Positions 10,522-18,705 of a stretch of DNA of 28,449 bases are shown in pieces. This DNA is from Bdellovibrionota bacterium FG-2 (GTDB lineage: Bacteria > Bdellovibrionota > UBA1018): NCBI GenBank assembly GCA_051382305.1, contig JBBCAV010000157.1, positions 1 to 28,449 of the forward strand. The letters are read 5' to 3'. Every line of letters starts with the position of its first letter. Position 1 is the first letter of the stretch. A program made the translations under genes and the position numbers. Under the pieces are notes generated by a model. The model ran no database searches and was not told the origin of the DNA. It worked only from the letters and a program-made list of their open reading frames with translations.

Positions 10522-11191
10522 TTCTGAGTAACCTTTCTGTTGATTCAGCTGTTGCATTTTCCGCGGCCACGAGATCGACGCGAGCTTCCTTCTCAAGAAG
10601 GTGCACGAGATCCCGACGAATGTCTTCCATGGTAATTCCTGGGGGGAGTTCCGCCAAAACGGGTTTGCGGCGAATCCCTGGTTGTCGGATCGTTTCGCCT
10701 TCCCGGATCATTTTTTGGAGCGTTAGGAGTCCGTAAAAATAGCCCTCAGGCCGTGGAGGACAGCCGGGAACATAAACATCCACGGGGATAATTTCATCTG
10801 CACCACGAACGGTGGAATAGGATCCATAAACGAAGGGGCCACCCGAGATCGCACACGACCCTGTTGCAATGACATAACGAGGCTCAGCCATTTGCTCGTA
10901 CAAAGTGCGTAGCGTGGGGGCCATTCGTTTTACAACCGTTCCGGCAATGACAAGTACGTCGGCTTGTCTGGGGCTTGGTCGCGCCACTTCAGCGCCAAAT
11001 CGCGCCACGTCGTGCCTGGGAGCACCGGTCGCCATCATGACTTCAATAGCACAGCAGCTCGTTCCGAAGGTCAGAGGCCATAAACTATTGAGGCGCGCCC
11101 AGTTGATGAGCTTATCCATGCTGGCGAGGAGGACAGAACCTCCTGGGACAGGCTCCAAAAAAAACGGAAGTTTCTCTACAATTAGACCCAT
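10481..11191 (-). CDS. nuoB: NADH-quinone oxidoreductase subunit B with long C-terminal extension
   Basis: [31 protein letters not shown] and [13 protein letters not shown] (N2 cluster ligands). Start at ATG 11191 in the EWV*/MGL overlap with nuoA. Confidence 0.96.
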   Translation of the reverse strand: MGLIVEKLPFFLEPVPGGSVLLASMDKLINWARLNSLWPLTFGTSCCAIEVMMATGAPRHDVARFGAEVARPSPRQADVLVIAGTVVKRMAPTLRTLYEQMAEPRYVIATGSCAISGGPFVYGSYSTVRGADEIIPVDVYVPGCPPRPEGYFYGLLTLQKMIREGETIRQPGIRRKPVLAELPPGITMEDIRRDLVHLLEKEARVDLVAAENATAESTERLLRSGNSSSLIRSTRA

Positions 11192-11532
11192 TCGAGTGCC
11201 CCTTTTCTCCACGCATAAGCAAGGCCAATGACCAGAACGAGGATAAATATGCCCGCTTCAATCAGGGCAGTCGCGCCGACTTCGCGAAACACCATGGCCC
11301 AAGGATAGAGAAACGCTGCTTCCACATCGAAGACCAAGAAGAGCAGCCCAAAGAGGTAATAACCTACGTTGAATTGAACCCATCCCGATCCGATTGGTTC
11401 TTCACCGCATTCATAGGTCGCAACTTTGAGCCCTTTTGCACGATGGGGTGCAACGAGTCTGGAGGCAATGAGCCCACCAAAAACAAAGACGGCCGCTAAA
11501 AGGACGAACAAGAAGACGAAGAAGAAATCCAT
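11182..11532 (-). CDS. nuoA: NADH-quinone oxidoreductase subunit A
   Basis: [22 protein letters not shown] and WRKGALEWV. Confidence 0.96.
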   Translation of the reverse strand: MDFFFVFLFVLLAAVFVFGGLIASRLVAPHRAKGLKVATYECGEEPIGSGWVQFNVGYYLFGLLFLVFDVEAAFLYPWAMVFREVGATALIEAGIFILVLVIGLAYAWRKGALEWV

Positions 11533-11545
11533 GAGTGCCTTTTCC

Positions 11546-12598
11546 TTAGGATAGGGAGGATAGGGGAGAAATTTCGCCGCTAGCGCCTAAGTTCCAAGCA
11601 TTGCCTTCACATAAAAGGTCGTTCAGGTTTCGTTTCTTGGGGTAGGCAGATCTAAACTGGTGTACCGGCTCGTCCACCTTTCGGAAAATCCCCAGCGGCA
11701 CAGGCGCCTCTGGGTAGTCCATTAAGGAGAGAAGGTACGCCAAGGACGAATCCTTGCGGTGAATGTCGTGAACCAAAATGTCGTTCATGGTCACGCCGTT
11801 TTCACCGATTTTTACGACTTCGGGTTTCAGGTCGCGGCTTAAGCGAATGCCTTTGTTTCGTTCCGCACCAAAAAGCATCGGCTCACCTTGCTTCAGTCGC
11901 AAAGTCGTCTCAGCTTTGGTGGCTTTGTCGGTGAGGGGACCGTAGGTGCCATCGTTGAAAATCACGCAATTGATCATGATCTCGATGAAGGCTACGCCTT
12001 TGTGCGAAGCGGCCGCCGTGTATGCTTCACGAAGCAGCTCTCCGTCCGTATCCGGCACACGTGCCGCAAAGGTAGCTCCAGCTGCAAGCGCTAAAGCCAG
12101 TGGGCGCACGGCATTTTCAAAGTTTCCGAAGGGAGCCGTTTTGGTCTTCATTCCGGGCTTTGTGGTTGGAGACGTTTGTCCCTTGGTCAGTCCATAGATC
12201 TGGTTGTTGAACAAAGACAGCTTGATGTCCGCGTTTCGGCGCATCAGGTGCAAGAAGTGATTGCCGCCGATGGACAGCGCGTCTCCGTCTCCGGTTATAA
12301 CCCAAACCGAAAGATCAGGGTTTGCAAGCTTTACTCCCGCAGCAATCGTAGGGGCACGACCGTGAATGGTGTGAAACCCGTAGCAGTCGGCATAATAAGG
12401 AAGGCGTGAAGAGCAGCCGATCCCGGAAATAATGGCGAATTTCTCGCGGGGAATTCCCGTGTTAGGAAAAACGCTGGTGAGACTGTTAAATACACTGAAA
12501 CAGCCGCAACCCGCACACCATCTGGGGTCGGTTTTGCTTAGGAAATCCTTGCGCGTCAGGCCGCTGGCTTTTGGTGTTTCTGGCGTTGAATTGCTCAT
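11546..12598 (-). CDS. korB: 2-oxoacid:ferredoxin oxidoreductase subunit beta (TPP and [4Fe-4S] binding)
   Basis: WCAGCG, SGIGCSSR, HTIHGRA, TGDGD...NNQIYGLTKGQTSPT (TPP motif) and NCVIFND. Confidence 0.93.
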   Translation of the reverse strand: MSNSTPETPKASGLTRKDFLSKTDPRWCAGCGCFSVFNSLTSVFPNTGIPREKFAIISGIGCSSRLPYYADCYGFHTIHGRAPTIAAGVKLANPDLSVWVITGDGDALSIGGNHFLHLMRRNADIKLSLFNNQIYGLTKGQTSPTTKPGMKTKTAPFGNFENAVRPLALALAAGATFAARVPDTDGELLREAYTAAASHKGVAFIEIMINCVIFNDGTYGPLTDKATKAETTLRLKQGEPMLFGAERNKGIRLSRDLKPEVVKIGENGVTMNDILVHDIHRKDSSLAYLLSLMDYPEAPVPLGIFRKVDEPVHQFRSAYPKKRNLNDLLCEGNAWNLGASGEISPLSSLS

Positions 12599-14457
12599 GA
12601 GTTTGCCCCTGTCTTGATTTCGAGAAGAGTACGAACTTTTGCTTCGATTTCATCAGCGCGGAAAGGTTGCCCTTGGACTTTACTGTAGCGTTCAAAATCC
12701 ATGAGGAACTCGCCGCGAAGCATGAACCACAATTGGCCCATGTTATTTTCTGGAATCAGCACCTTCTTATATTTTTTAAGAAGTGGCTTCAGATCGCGAG
12801 GAAGGGGATTTAGGTGGCGAAGATGTGCGCAAGCCACGGGAACCCCTTGTTTAGTGAGGTTTCGCACGGCCTGTCTGATCACGCCTTTTGTGCCGCCCCA
12901 ACCTAGGATCAAAATGTCGGCGTTGGGATTGCCTTCGACCGTCATCGGAGGAATATCGTCCGCAATGCGTGCGATCTTCTCGGCCCGAAGATGGGTCATT
13001 TTTTCGTGATTCAAAGGATTGGCGCTGACCGTTCCGGTGCGATCTTCTTTTTCGAGTCCACCGATACGGTGCTCAAGTCCTGGTGTTCCAACAGGTGCCC
13101 ATGGGCGAGCCAGTGTCTTAGGATCTCGTTCATAGGGAAGGAAGTTCGTTGGATCTGTTCTGAAGTTTGCCTTGATCTCTGGCAGCTCTTCAAGTTTTGG
13201 GACCTTCCAGGCGCCCGCGCCGTTTCCGAGGTATCCGTCGCTCAGTACAATGACTGGAGTCATGTACTTGATCGCCAAGCGCGCTGCTTCAACCACGGTG
13301 TCGAAACAATCTTGAGGAGTCGAAGATGCCAAGATCGCGATTGGGGATTCGCCGTGGCGACCCCACATTGCTTGCGCCAAGTCGGATTGTTCTGTTTTGG
13401 TAGGAAGACCGGTTGATGGACCTCCTCGCTGAACGTTAACGATCACGAGTGGGAGTTCAACGATCATCGCAAGATTTAGGAACTCACTTTTCAGCGACAT
13501 TCCGGGACCTGAGGTTGTCGTTGCCGCAAGAGCACCGGCGAATGATGCTCCAACGGCGGAGCCGATCCCTGCAATTTCGTCTTCTGCTTGAAACACGGTG
13601 GCGAAATCGGGGTGTTTGCAAAGCTCGTGCATGATGTCGGTCGCAGGAGTGATCGGATAACTACCCAAGAATAGTTTAAGTCCTGAGCGCTGTGCGGCAG
13701 CAATCAGGCCGAGCGCTGCAGCGGTGTTTCCAGTGACGTTACGATACACGCCGGCCTTTTTCGGGACCTTGCGTTTGACGACAGTATAATGAGTGTCGTT
13801 GACTTCGCCGGATTCGCCCAAATTCCATCCGGCATCGAGAGCGCGGGTGTTGGCGTCGATTAATTCCGGCTTAGCTTTGAATTTTTTCTGCACCCATTGA
13901 TTGGTGAACGTCTTGTCACGCTTGAACATCGAGTACATCAAGCCTAAAGCGACGAAGTTTTTGCAACGGTCGATGGCTTTAGGGCTCATCGTGCCACCTT
14001 CGAGGGCTTTTTGTGCCACTTTGGACATTCCGACCTTCATGACTTTGAATTTTTGAAGCTCAGTGCTGGTGAGCGGATTTTCAGCATAACCTGCTTTTTC
14101 GAGGTTTTTGTCGATAAAGGCGTCTTCATTGACGATGATGGTTCCGCCTGCTTTCATGCTTGCAAGGTTTACTTTAAGCGCCGCAGGATTCATGGCGACC
14201 AGCACATCGTATTCATCGCCAGCGGTGTAAACATCCTCAGACGCAAAGCAGATTTGGAATCCCGACACGCCGAAAATCGTTCCGGCAGGGGCGCGAATTT
14301 CTGAAGGATAATCAGGGAGCGTTGCGACTTCGTCTCCCATCATGGCGGAGGTGATCGTGAACTGATCTCCTACGAGCTGCATGCCGTCACCGGAGTCTCC
14401 GGCAAGGCGAATGACAATTTGATCCATTTCAACAGATTTTATATTGGCAACAGACAT
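12595..14457 (-). CDS. korA: 2-oxoacid:ferredoxin oxidoreductase subunit alpha (gamma-alpha fusion)
   Basis: AGDSGDGMQL, YPSEIRAPAG, SYPITPA, QAEDEIA, TTSGPG and VQRGGPSTGLPTK. ATGA overlap with korB. Substrate (2-oxoglutarate or other) is not certain. Confidence 0.93.
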   Translation of the reverse strand: MSVANIKSVEMDQIVIRLAGDSGDGMQLVGDQFTITSAMMGDEVATLPDYPSEIRAPAGTIFGVSGFQICFASEDVYTAGDEYDVLVAMNPAALKVNLASMKAGGTIIVNEDAFIDKNLEKAGYAENPLTSTELQKFKVMKVGMSKVAQKALEGGTMSPKAIDRCKNFVALGLMYSMFKRDKTFTNQWVQKKFKAKPELIDANTRALDAGWNLGESGEVNDTHYTVVKRKVPKKAGVYRNVTGNTAAALGLIAAAQRSGLKLFLGSYPITPATDIMHELCKHPDFATVFQAEDEIAGIGSAVGASFAGALAATTTSGPGMSLKSEFLNLAMIVELPLVIVNVQRGGPSTGLPTKTEQSDLAQAMWGRHGESPIAILASSTPQDCFDTVVEAARLAIKYMTPVIVLSDGYLGNGAGAWKVPKLEELPEIKANFRTDPTNFLPYERDPKTLARPWAPVGTPGLEHRIGGLEKEDRTGTVSANPLNHEKMTHLRAEKIARIADDIPPMTVEGNPNADILILGWGGTKGVIRQAVRNLTKQGVPVACAHLRHLNPLPRDLKPLLKKYKKVLIPENNMGQLWFMLRGEFLMDFERYSKVQGQPFRADEIEAKVRTLLEIKTGANS

Positions 14458-14608
14458 GAAGGTTATGCCTCTTTCTCAGTCGGTGATGTGTAATGCGATA
14501 ACGCTAACACAAAAAACTTGGAAATTGTATACGTATGTCTTGAGAACCATGGGAAGAAGAGCTATCGCATTTTTATGCGGGTGTTCAAGATTTGAAGGAG
14601 CATGATTT

Positions 14609-15409
14609 ATGTCACATTCAAATGAGAAGATTTTGGTGGGGCGCTCTTTGGTTTCTTCTCCAAGAATAAGCCGGTTCTTTGGACGAACTCTGTTTGTGAA
14701 TTTGGGATCAGCCGAGGGATCGAGCTGTACTTGGCACTGTGTTTATTGTCCGAAGGAATCTGGAGACGGTGCGTCTAAGAGTGCGGGCGGCGGTGATGCG
14801 GAGCGACTTGAGGCAGGAGCGGATGCAAAACAGGTGATCGCGGCGATTCAAAATGTGGTTGCGGGGAGCTCAGAGCTGGATTCGATTGTTTTTACGAGTA
14901 CCACTGAGCCTACGCATCATCCTATGTTTGCTGAGATCGTTGGAATGACGCGCGACCTCCGGTTGTTGCTAGGGGCGAGCTGGTTGCTTCAGAGTATTGG
15001 ACCGGGCCCGCAGCTGGATGAAAAGAAGGCTTTGGAAGCATATCGATTGCTCGATCGGTTTTGGGTGAAGCTGGATTGTGCTATCGGCGAGTTGTTTGAG
15101 TCGGCGTTAAAGCCGGGTGAGAGAGAGAGCTTGGAGAAGTATGTCGCGAAGCTGCGCGCCTTGGGGCCGCTTTATCTTCGTGTCACTTTTTGGCGCGATC
15201 TAGTTAATAAAGACCGGCAGAATTGGACGCCTGAGAATTTGGAGAAGCTTTTGGCGCTCCTTGTGAGCCTGAAGCCACGACGGGTTCATCTTGCAACTTT
15301 AAAGAATGTCGCTCCGACTTCGAATCTGCGTCCCGTGGGTGATGAGGATTTGGACACGTTTGCGCTTCGGTTACACGAGGCGGGAGTGGATGCGGAGGTG
15401 TTTGCGTGA
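14609..15409 (+). CDS. Radical SAM-superfamily Fe-S protein (COG0731-like, divergent)
   Basis: CTWHCVYC is a CxxxCxxC motif, preceded by SRFFGRTLFVNL. TSTTEPTHHP corresponds to the usual xGEPTLHP. VKLD motif present. AAGGAG SD upstream. Confidence 0.8.
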   Translation: MSHSNEKILVGRSLVSSPRISRFFGRTLFVNLGSAEGSSCTWHCVYCPKESGDGASKSAGGGDAERLEAGADAKQVIAAIQNVVAGSSELDSIVFTSTTEPTHHPMFAEIVGMTRDLRLLLGASWLLQSIGPGPQLDEKKALEAYRLLDRFWVKLDCAIGELFESALKPGERESLEKYVAKLRALGPLYLRVTFWRDLVNKDRQNWTPENLEKLLALLVSLKPRRVHLATLKNVAPTSNLRPVGDEDLDTFALRLHEAGVDAEVFA

Positions 15410-15415
15410 GGTGTT

Positions 15416-16140
15416 ATGGCTTTTCCAAATTATCCTAAGAAACATTGCGAGACATCCCTGGTAGATCCCTCCGAATATGCGGCCTATCTCAAGTCGCAGG
15501 GGCACCATCCCACGTTTGCGCCGCCCGAAGGGGTTGTTGTTTGTTATTCGCCGCGATTGATGAAATCCGCGTTGGCGAAATATAATTGTCGGCAAGGTAA
15601 TGGATCATTACTGGGTTTGGGATTGGATCCCCTTCTGCCGCAATTATGCTCGAAGAGCTGATTGCCTTTGGGGTAAAGAAGTTCGTTTCGATGGGTTCGG
15701 CAGGGACTCTCCAACGGTCTTTAAAAATTGGTGACGTGGTTGTCTGCGATAAAGCTATCCGTGACGAAGGCACTTCCCATCACTACTTGGAATCCTCAAA
15801 ATTTGCTTTTGCTTCCGAGCCGCTTACCGCTCGCTTGGAACAAGTTCTTGTAGAAAAGAAGGTGGAATTTATTAAGGGTCCATCTTGGACGGTGGATTCT
15901 CCCTATCGCGAAACGGTTGCTGAGGCCAGACAGTATCAAAGCGAAGGCGTGTTAACGGTTGAGATGGAAGCCTCCGCACTTTTTGCCGTTGCACAGTATC
16001 GCAACGTCAAGGTCGCCGCTGCTTTTGTGGTGAGTGATTCTTTGGCGGATCTCAAATGGAGTCCGCAGTTTCATGATGAGCGCAAGGTTAAGAACTTGGA
16101 GCTGCTGTTGGAGTGTGCAGTTTTAGCCTCAAGGCTTTGA
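15416..16140 (+). pseudogene. Nucleoside phosphorylase (PNP/UDP family) split by a frameshift near 15600-15620
   Basis: The C-terminal frame has IITGFGIGSPSAAIMLEELIAFG, GSAG, AIRDEGTSHHY, WTVDSPYRET, VEMEASA and VVSD. The N-terminal 81-aa ORF (GAGGTG SD) is in a different frame. The downstream frame is closed by a TAA at 15598-15600. Confidence 0.85.
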
Positions 16141-16165
16141 CAGCTGTTGCCGCGAAAGGGGGTAT

Positions 16166-16192
16166 TCAGAATTTTGGCTCAAATGCCGAAAC
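16166..16192 (+). promoter_or_regulatory. Putative sigma28 (FliA)-type promoter
   Basis: TCAG, 15 bp, GCCGAAAC, against the consensus TAAA-N15-GCCGATAA. Lies 6 nt before ATG 16199. Confidence 0.45.
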
Positions 16193-16198
16193 GTTGAC

Positions 16199-16616
16199 AT
16201 GTCGGTGGCCGAGGCACAGGTCGAATCAGCAATAGTTTTTAAGACGGATGAAGAGGTTCTTTCGTATTCACTTAATGAATTTAAGAAAGAGCAGTGTATT
16301 TTCCTCCAGGAAGTCGTTGATGTAGACGGAGGCTTCGCGTTTGGGAAGCGGCGTTTTTTTCAGCACCGGGACGATATGACCCCGATGGCTTTGGGATGTT
16401 CCCGGAAATCAGAAATATGTGGCCGTCACGATGAGTGACTCGGTACAAGAGCTTGCGTACCGCGGAAAAAAGTTTGTCATTGCCTACGAGAGAATCCTTC
16501 ATAAACTAGAAGTTGTATCCTACGCGTCCTTCTCGAAGTTGCCGAAGTACAAAGTCAACGAAGCTAAGCTGCAGGAGTCTGTTCGCGGGATTGTTTCAAG
16601 CCTTAAAGGCGAATGA
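16199..16616 (+). pseudogene. Hypothetical protein, probably one ~138-aa gene interrupted by a frameshift (otherwise two small ORFs)
   Basis: ORFs 16199-16438 and 16419-16616 overlap. Removing one C from CCCC (16380-16383) gives a continuous ...FFQHRDDMTRWLWDVPGNQKYVAVTMSD... reading. Confidence 0.45.
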
Positions 16617-16775
16617 GCAGCTGAAATTCTCGTTCCGCTGTATCTTTGAGTATTTGTCCTCCTTCGGACGCTCTTAAACCGGCGCTAATTTCTTCTGAGA
16701 AACGGAGAATATGCCTTACAAAAAGGTAGATTCGACCGTAGAATTCGCTATCTTTAGCGACCCATCGCCAAGCTC

Positions 16776-17786
16776 TCAGCCCTTTTTCGGGTCCAGATAC
16801 TTTTCCATTTTCGCAAGCCCGTAAGTCTCGATCGCTTGCCACTGATTGTGATGGCGGCAGAGCAGTTTGAGATTCGCGGGATCCTTTGAGCTGCCTCCGA
16901 GTGCGTGGGGTTTGCAATGCTCGATTTCGAGGCCGAAGGTGGAATCACATCTCTTGCCGGTGTCCGGCGCGACGTATGCGCAGCGACCTCCGAATTCGCG
17001 CCAGATTTGTGCGCGAAGAGAAGGGGAAACGGCGCGAGAGGGGCTTTGCCCGACTAATTGAGTTGGTTGCGCTGTAATAAGCGCAACGTTCTTGTCGGGC
17101 TTGTCGGGTTTACTTCGCCGTTTGGGGTCGCGCCTTAAGGGATCAATTTCATCAAGCGTAACCTCGCTCATTAAGTCCATGAGTTCCGGATAAGAGGCCG
17201 GATCTTGCAGGCGAGGGACGCTGAGGTCCCGGACGCGATGCATTTTCCCCAATAGCTTTGTATCGGCCACGAAGCTGATCATCGTTCGATCTTCGGTCAA
17301 CAGGCGTTCTTTTTGGACTCTGATCGCAAGAGGCGAGACCGTGAGAAGTTCGCGTGTGACGTCGCGTGAGCTTTTGTTTTCGCACTTTTCAAAGAGTGCG
17401 GACTTTTGAGCTTGCGAATACTTTTTGTGGGCTTGATCTCGCTCGGCCTTAAGAAAGGTTTGGACCTGACTTACGGTGGAAACACTGAGGGTTCCGGATT
17501 CGATCTTCTTTTCAAGTTCCGGCATTTCTTTTATTGCCCGCATGGCTGAAATCCGGCGATAGGCTGCACTTTCGGAGTACTTCAATTCTTTGAGAACGTA
17601 ATCCCAAAGACTCGCGTGGCCCAGTTTCGCGTACGCTCGGCGGCGATCGATTTCGGCAAGATGGTGCAGAATTTTGAGGCTAATTTTCCTTTCGTTTTCC
17701 GCAAGTTTGCGGGTCGTGCCGAGCAGTTCTTCGTGAGAAAGGGCGGTGAGATTGAGGGATTCAGAAACATGAGAAATTTGATCCAT
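16776..17786 (-). CDS. HNH endonuclease with DUF222-like helical N-terminal region
   Basis: C-terminal CAY...C.....LEIEH..P.ALGG.....NL.LLC..HN (HNH with Zn-binding Cys). N-terminal HLAEIDRRRAY..LG..SLWDY...L.YSE..AYRRI. AGGAGG SD upstream. Confidence 0.88.
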   Translation of the reverse strand: MDQISHVSESLNLTALSHEELLGTTRKLAENERKISLKILHHLAEIDRRRAYAKLGHASLWDYVLKELKYSESAAYRRISAMRAIKEMPELEKKIESGTLSVSTVSQVQTFLKAERDQAHKKYSQAQKSALFEKCENKSSRDVTRELLTVSPLAIRVQKERLLTEDRTMISFVADTKLLGKMHRVRDLSVPRLQDPASYPELMDLMSEVTLDEIDPLRRDPKRRSKPDKPDKNVALITAQPTQLVGQSPSRAVSPSLRAQIWREFGGRCAYVAPDTGKRCDSTFGLEIEHCKPHALGGSSKDPANLKLLCRHHNQWQAIETYGLAKMEKYLDPKKG

Positions 17787-17832
17787 AAGGACCTCCTGGG
17801 GTCATTGCTGTGCAACCCCAGTACCAAGGGAC

Positions 17833-18705
17833 CTAGCGACTCCGCGACCAGGGAACAAGGTCAAAGGCGAGCTGGTAAATTCCGGTGGGTTCACTTGCTT
17901 GAACCTTCTTTCGGACGGACTCGAGCCATTCCATGAAGCTTCTTTGAATGGTGGCCTTGGTGTTGGCATCCGTTGAGAAGAAAACAGAATATGAATAGCC
18001 GTCGTTTTCCGGGACCAACCGGAGTCTCGCCGTTGAGTGAAGTCTCATGAGGGCTTGATAGGGGCGATTGATCGGCGAGTCGGCAGGCAGATGCAGGACA
18101 GATTTGAGGACTTTATAGCGCCGCACTTGCTCGTGTCCTTCTTGCACAATTGCTTGCACAATTGCTTGCGCAATCATTCCGCCCGCGATGAGTTTTTGAA
18201 TCGCTTTATTAAATTGCTGTTGCGTGAGGTGAAGTTCTTTTCGAATCGCATCGGGATTTTTGGCGAAGCTATCAATGGTCAGGAAGATGTGAACGAGTTG
18301 GAGGTTGAGATCCAGATAATACTCGGTCAAGAACGATTCTCCCTGTGTGGGCAGCGCCTTTTCAACGGCGACGTAGCTCTCCGTTTTGAGGTGGCTTTGT
18401 TGAATGTTGCGGATTCGTTTCTCAAGTTGAAGTTTTAGCTTTGGAACATTTGTTCGCGCAAGCCGGTGGAGGAGTTCGAGGAATTCGCGCTCCACTGCGC
18501 TTAAATTAAGGTACTCGCTGGCAAGATAGAGCTGATCCGAGCTGAAGTGGACGTCGTCTTTATTGAGCGCGCGCGAAAGATAAGTCTTTTGCATCTGGCA
18601 GGCAGACGCAAGGCGCTCAAAGGTGATGCGGGAGTCGGTTTGCTTACGGGCGAGGACCAGGTCCCGAAGGGCGGTTTTGTAATTGGAGTATTCGAAAATG
18701 ATCAT
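17833..18705 (-). CDS. TIGR02147/DUF4423-like protein with N-terminal XRE-type HTH (putative DNA-binding)
   Basis: N-terminus IFEYSNYK..LR, HTH-like FERLASACQMQKTYLSRALN, central YY..., second HTH-like segment IRKELHLT...AIQKL...GMI and C-terminal IYQLAFDLVPW. Length about 290 aa. Confidence 0.8.
   Translation of the reverse strand: MIIFEYSNYKTALRDLVLARKQTDSRITFERLASACQMQKTYLSRALNKDDVHFSSDQLYLASEYLNLSAVEREFLELLHRLARTNVPKLKLQLEKRIRNIQQSHLKTESYVAVEKALPTQGESFLTEYYLDLNLQLVHIFLTIDSFAKNPDAIRKELHLTQQQFNKAIQKLIAGGMIAQAIVQAIVQEGHEQVRRYKVLKSVLHLPADSPINRPYQALMRLHSTARLRLVPENDGYSYSVFFSTDANTKATIQRSFMEWLESVRKKVQASEPTGIYQLAFDLVPWSRSR
18141..18176. repeat. In-frame 12-bp tandem repeat (CTTGCACAATTG x2 plus a degenerate third copy)
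   Basis: cttgcacaattg cttgcacaattg cttgcgcaatca, encoding (M)IAQ-AIVQ-AIVQ on the minus strand. Confidence 0.9.

Noticed and set aside
10481-10596. nuoB/nuoC overlap as a frameshifted NuoBC fusion
   Set aside because: nuoC has its own plausible SD and GTG at 10521, and both proteins are complete. The overlap is only 41 bp.
8897-11191. Group 4 [NiFe]-hydrogenase interpretation of the headless complex
   Set aside because: NuoD lacks both CxxC Ni-binding motifs and retains quinone-site residues. nuoA/J/K are present and no maturation genes are seen.
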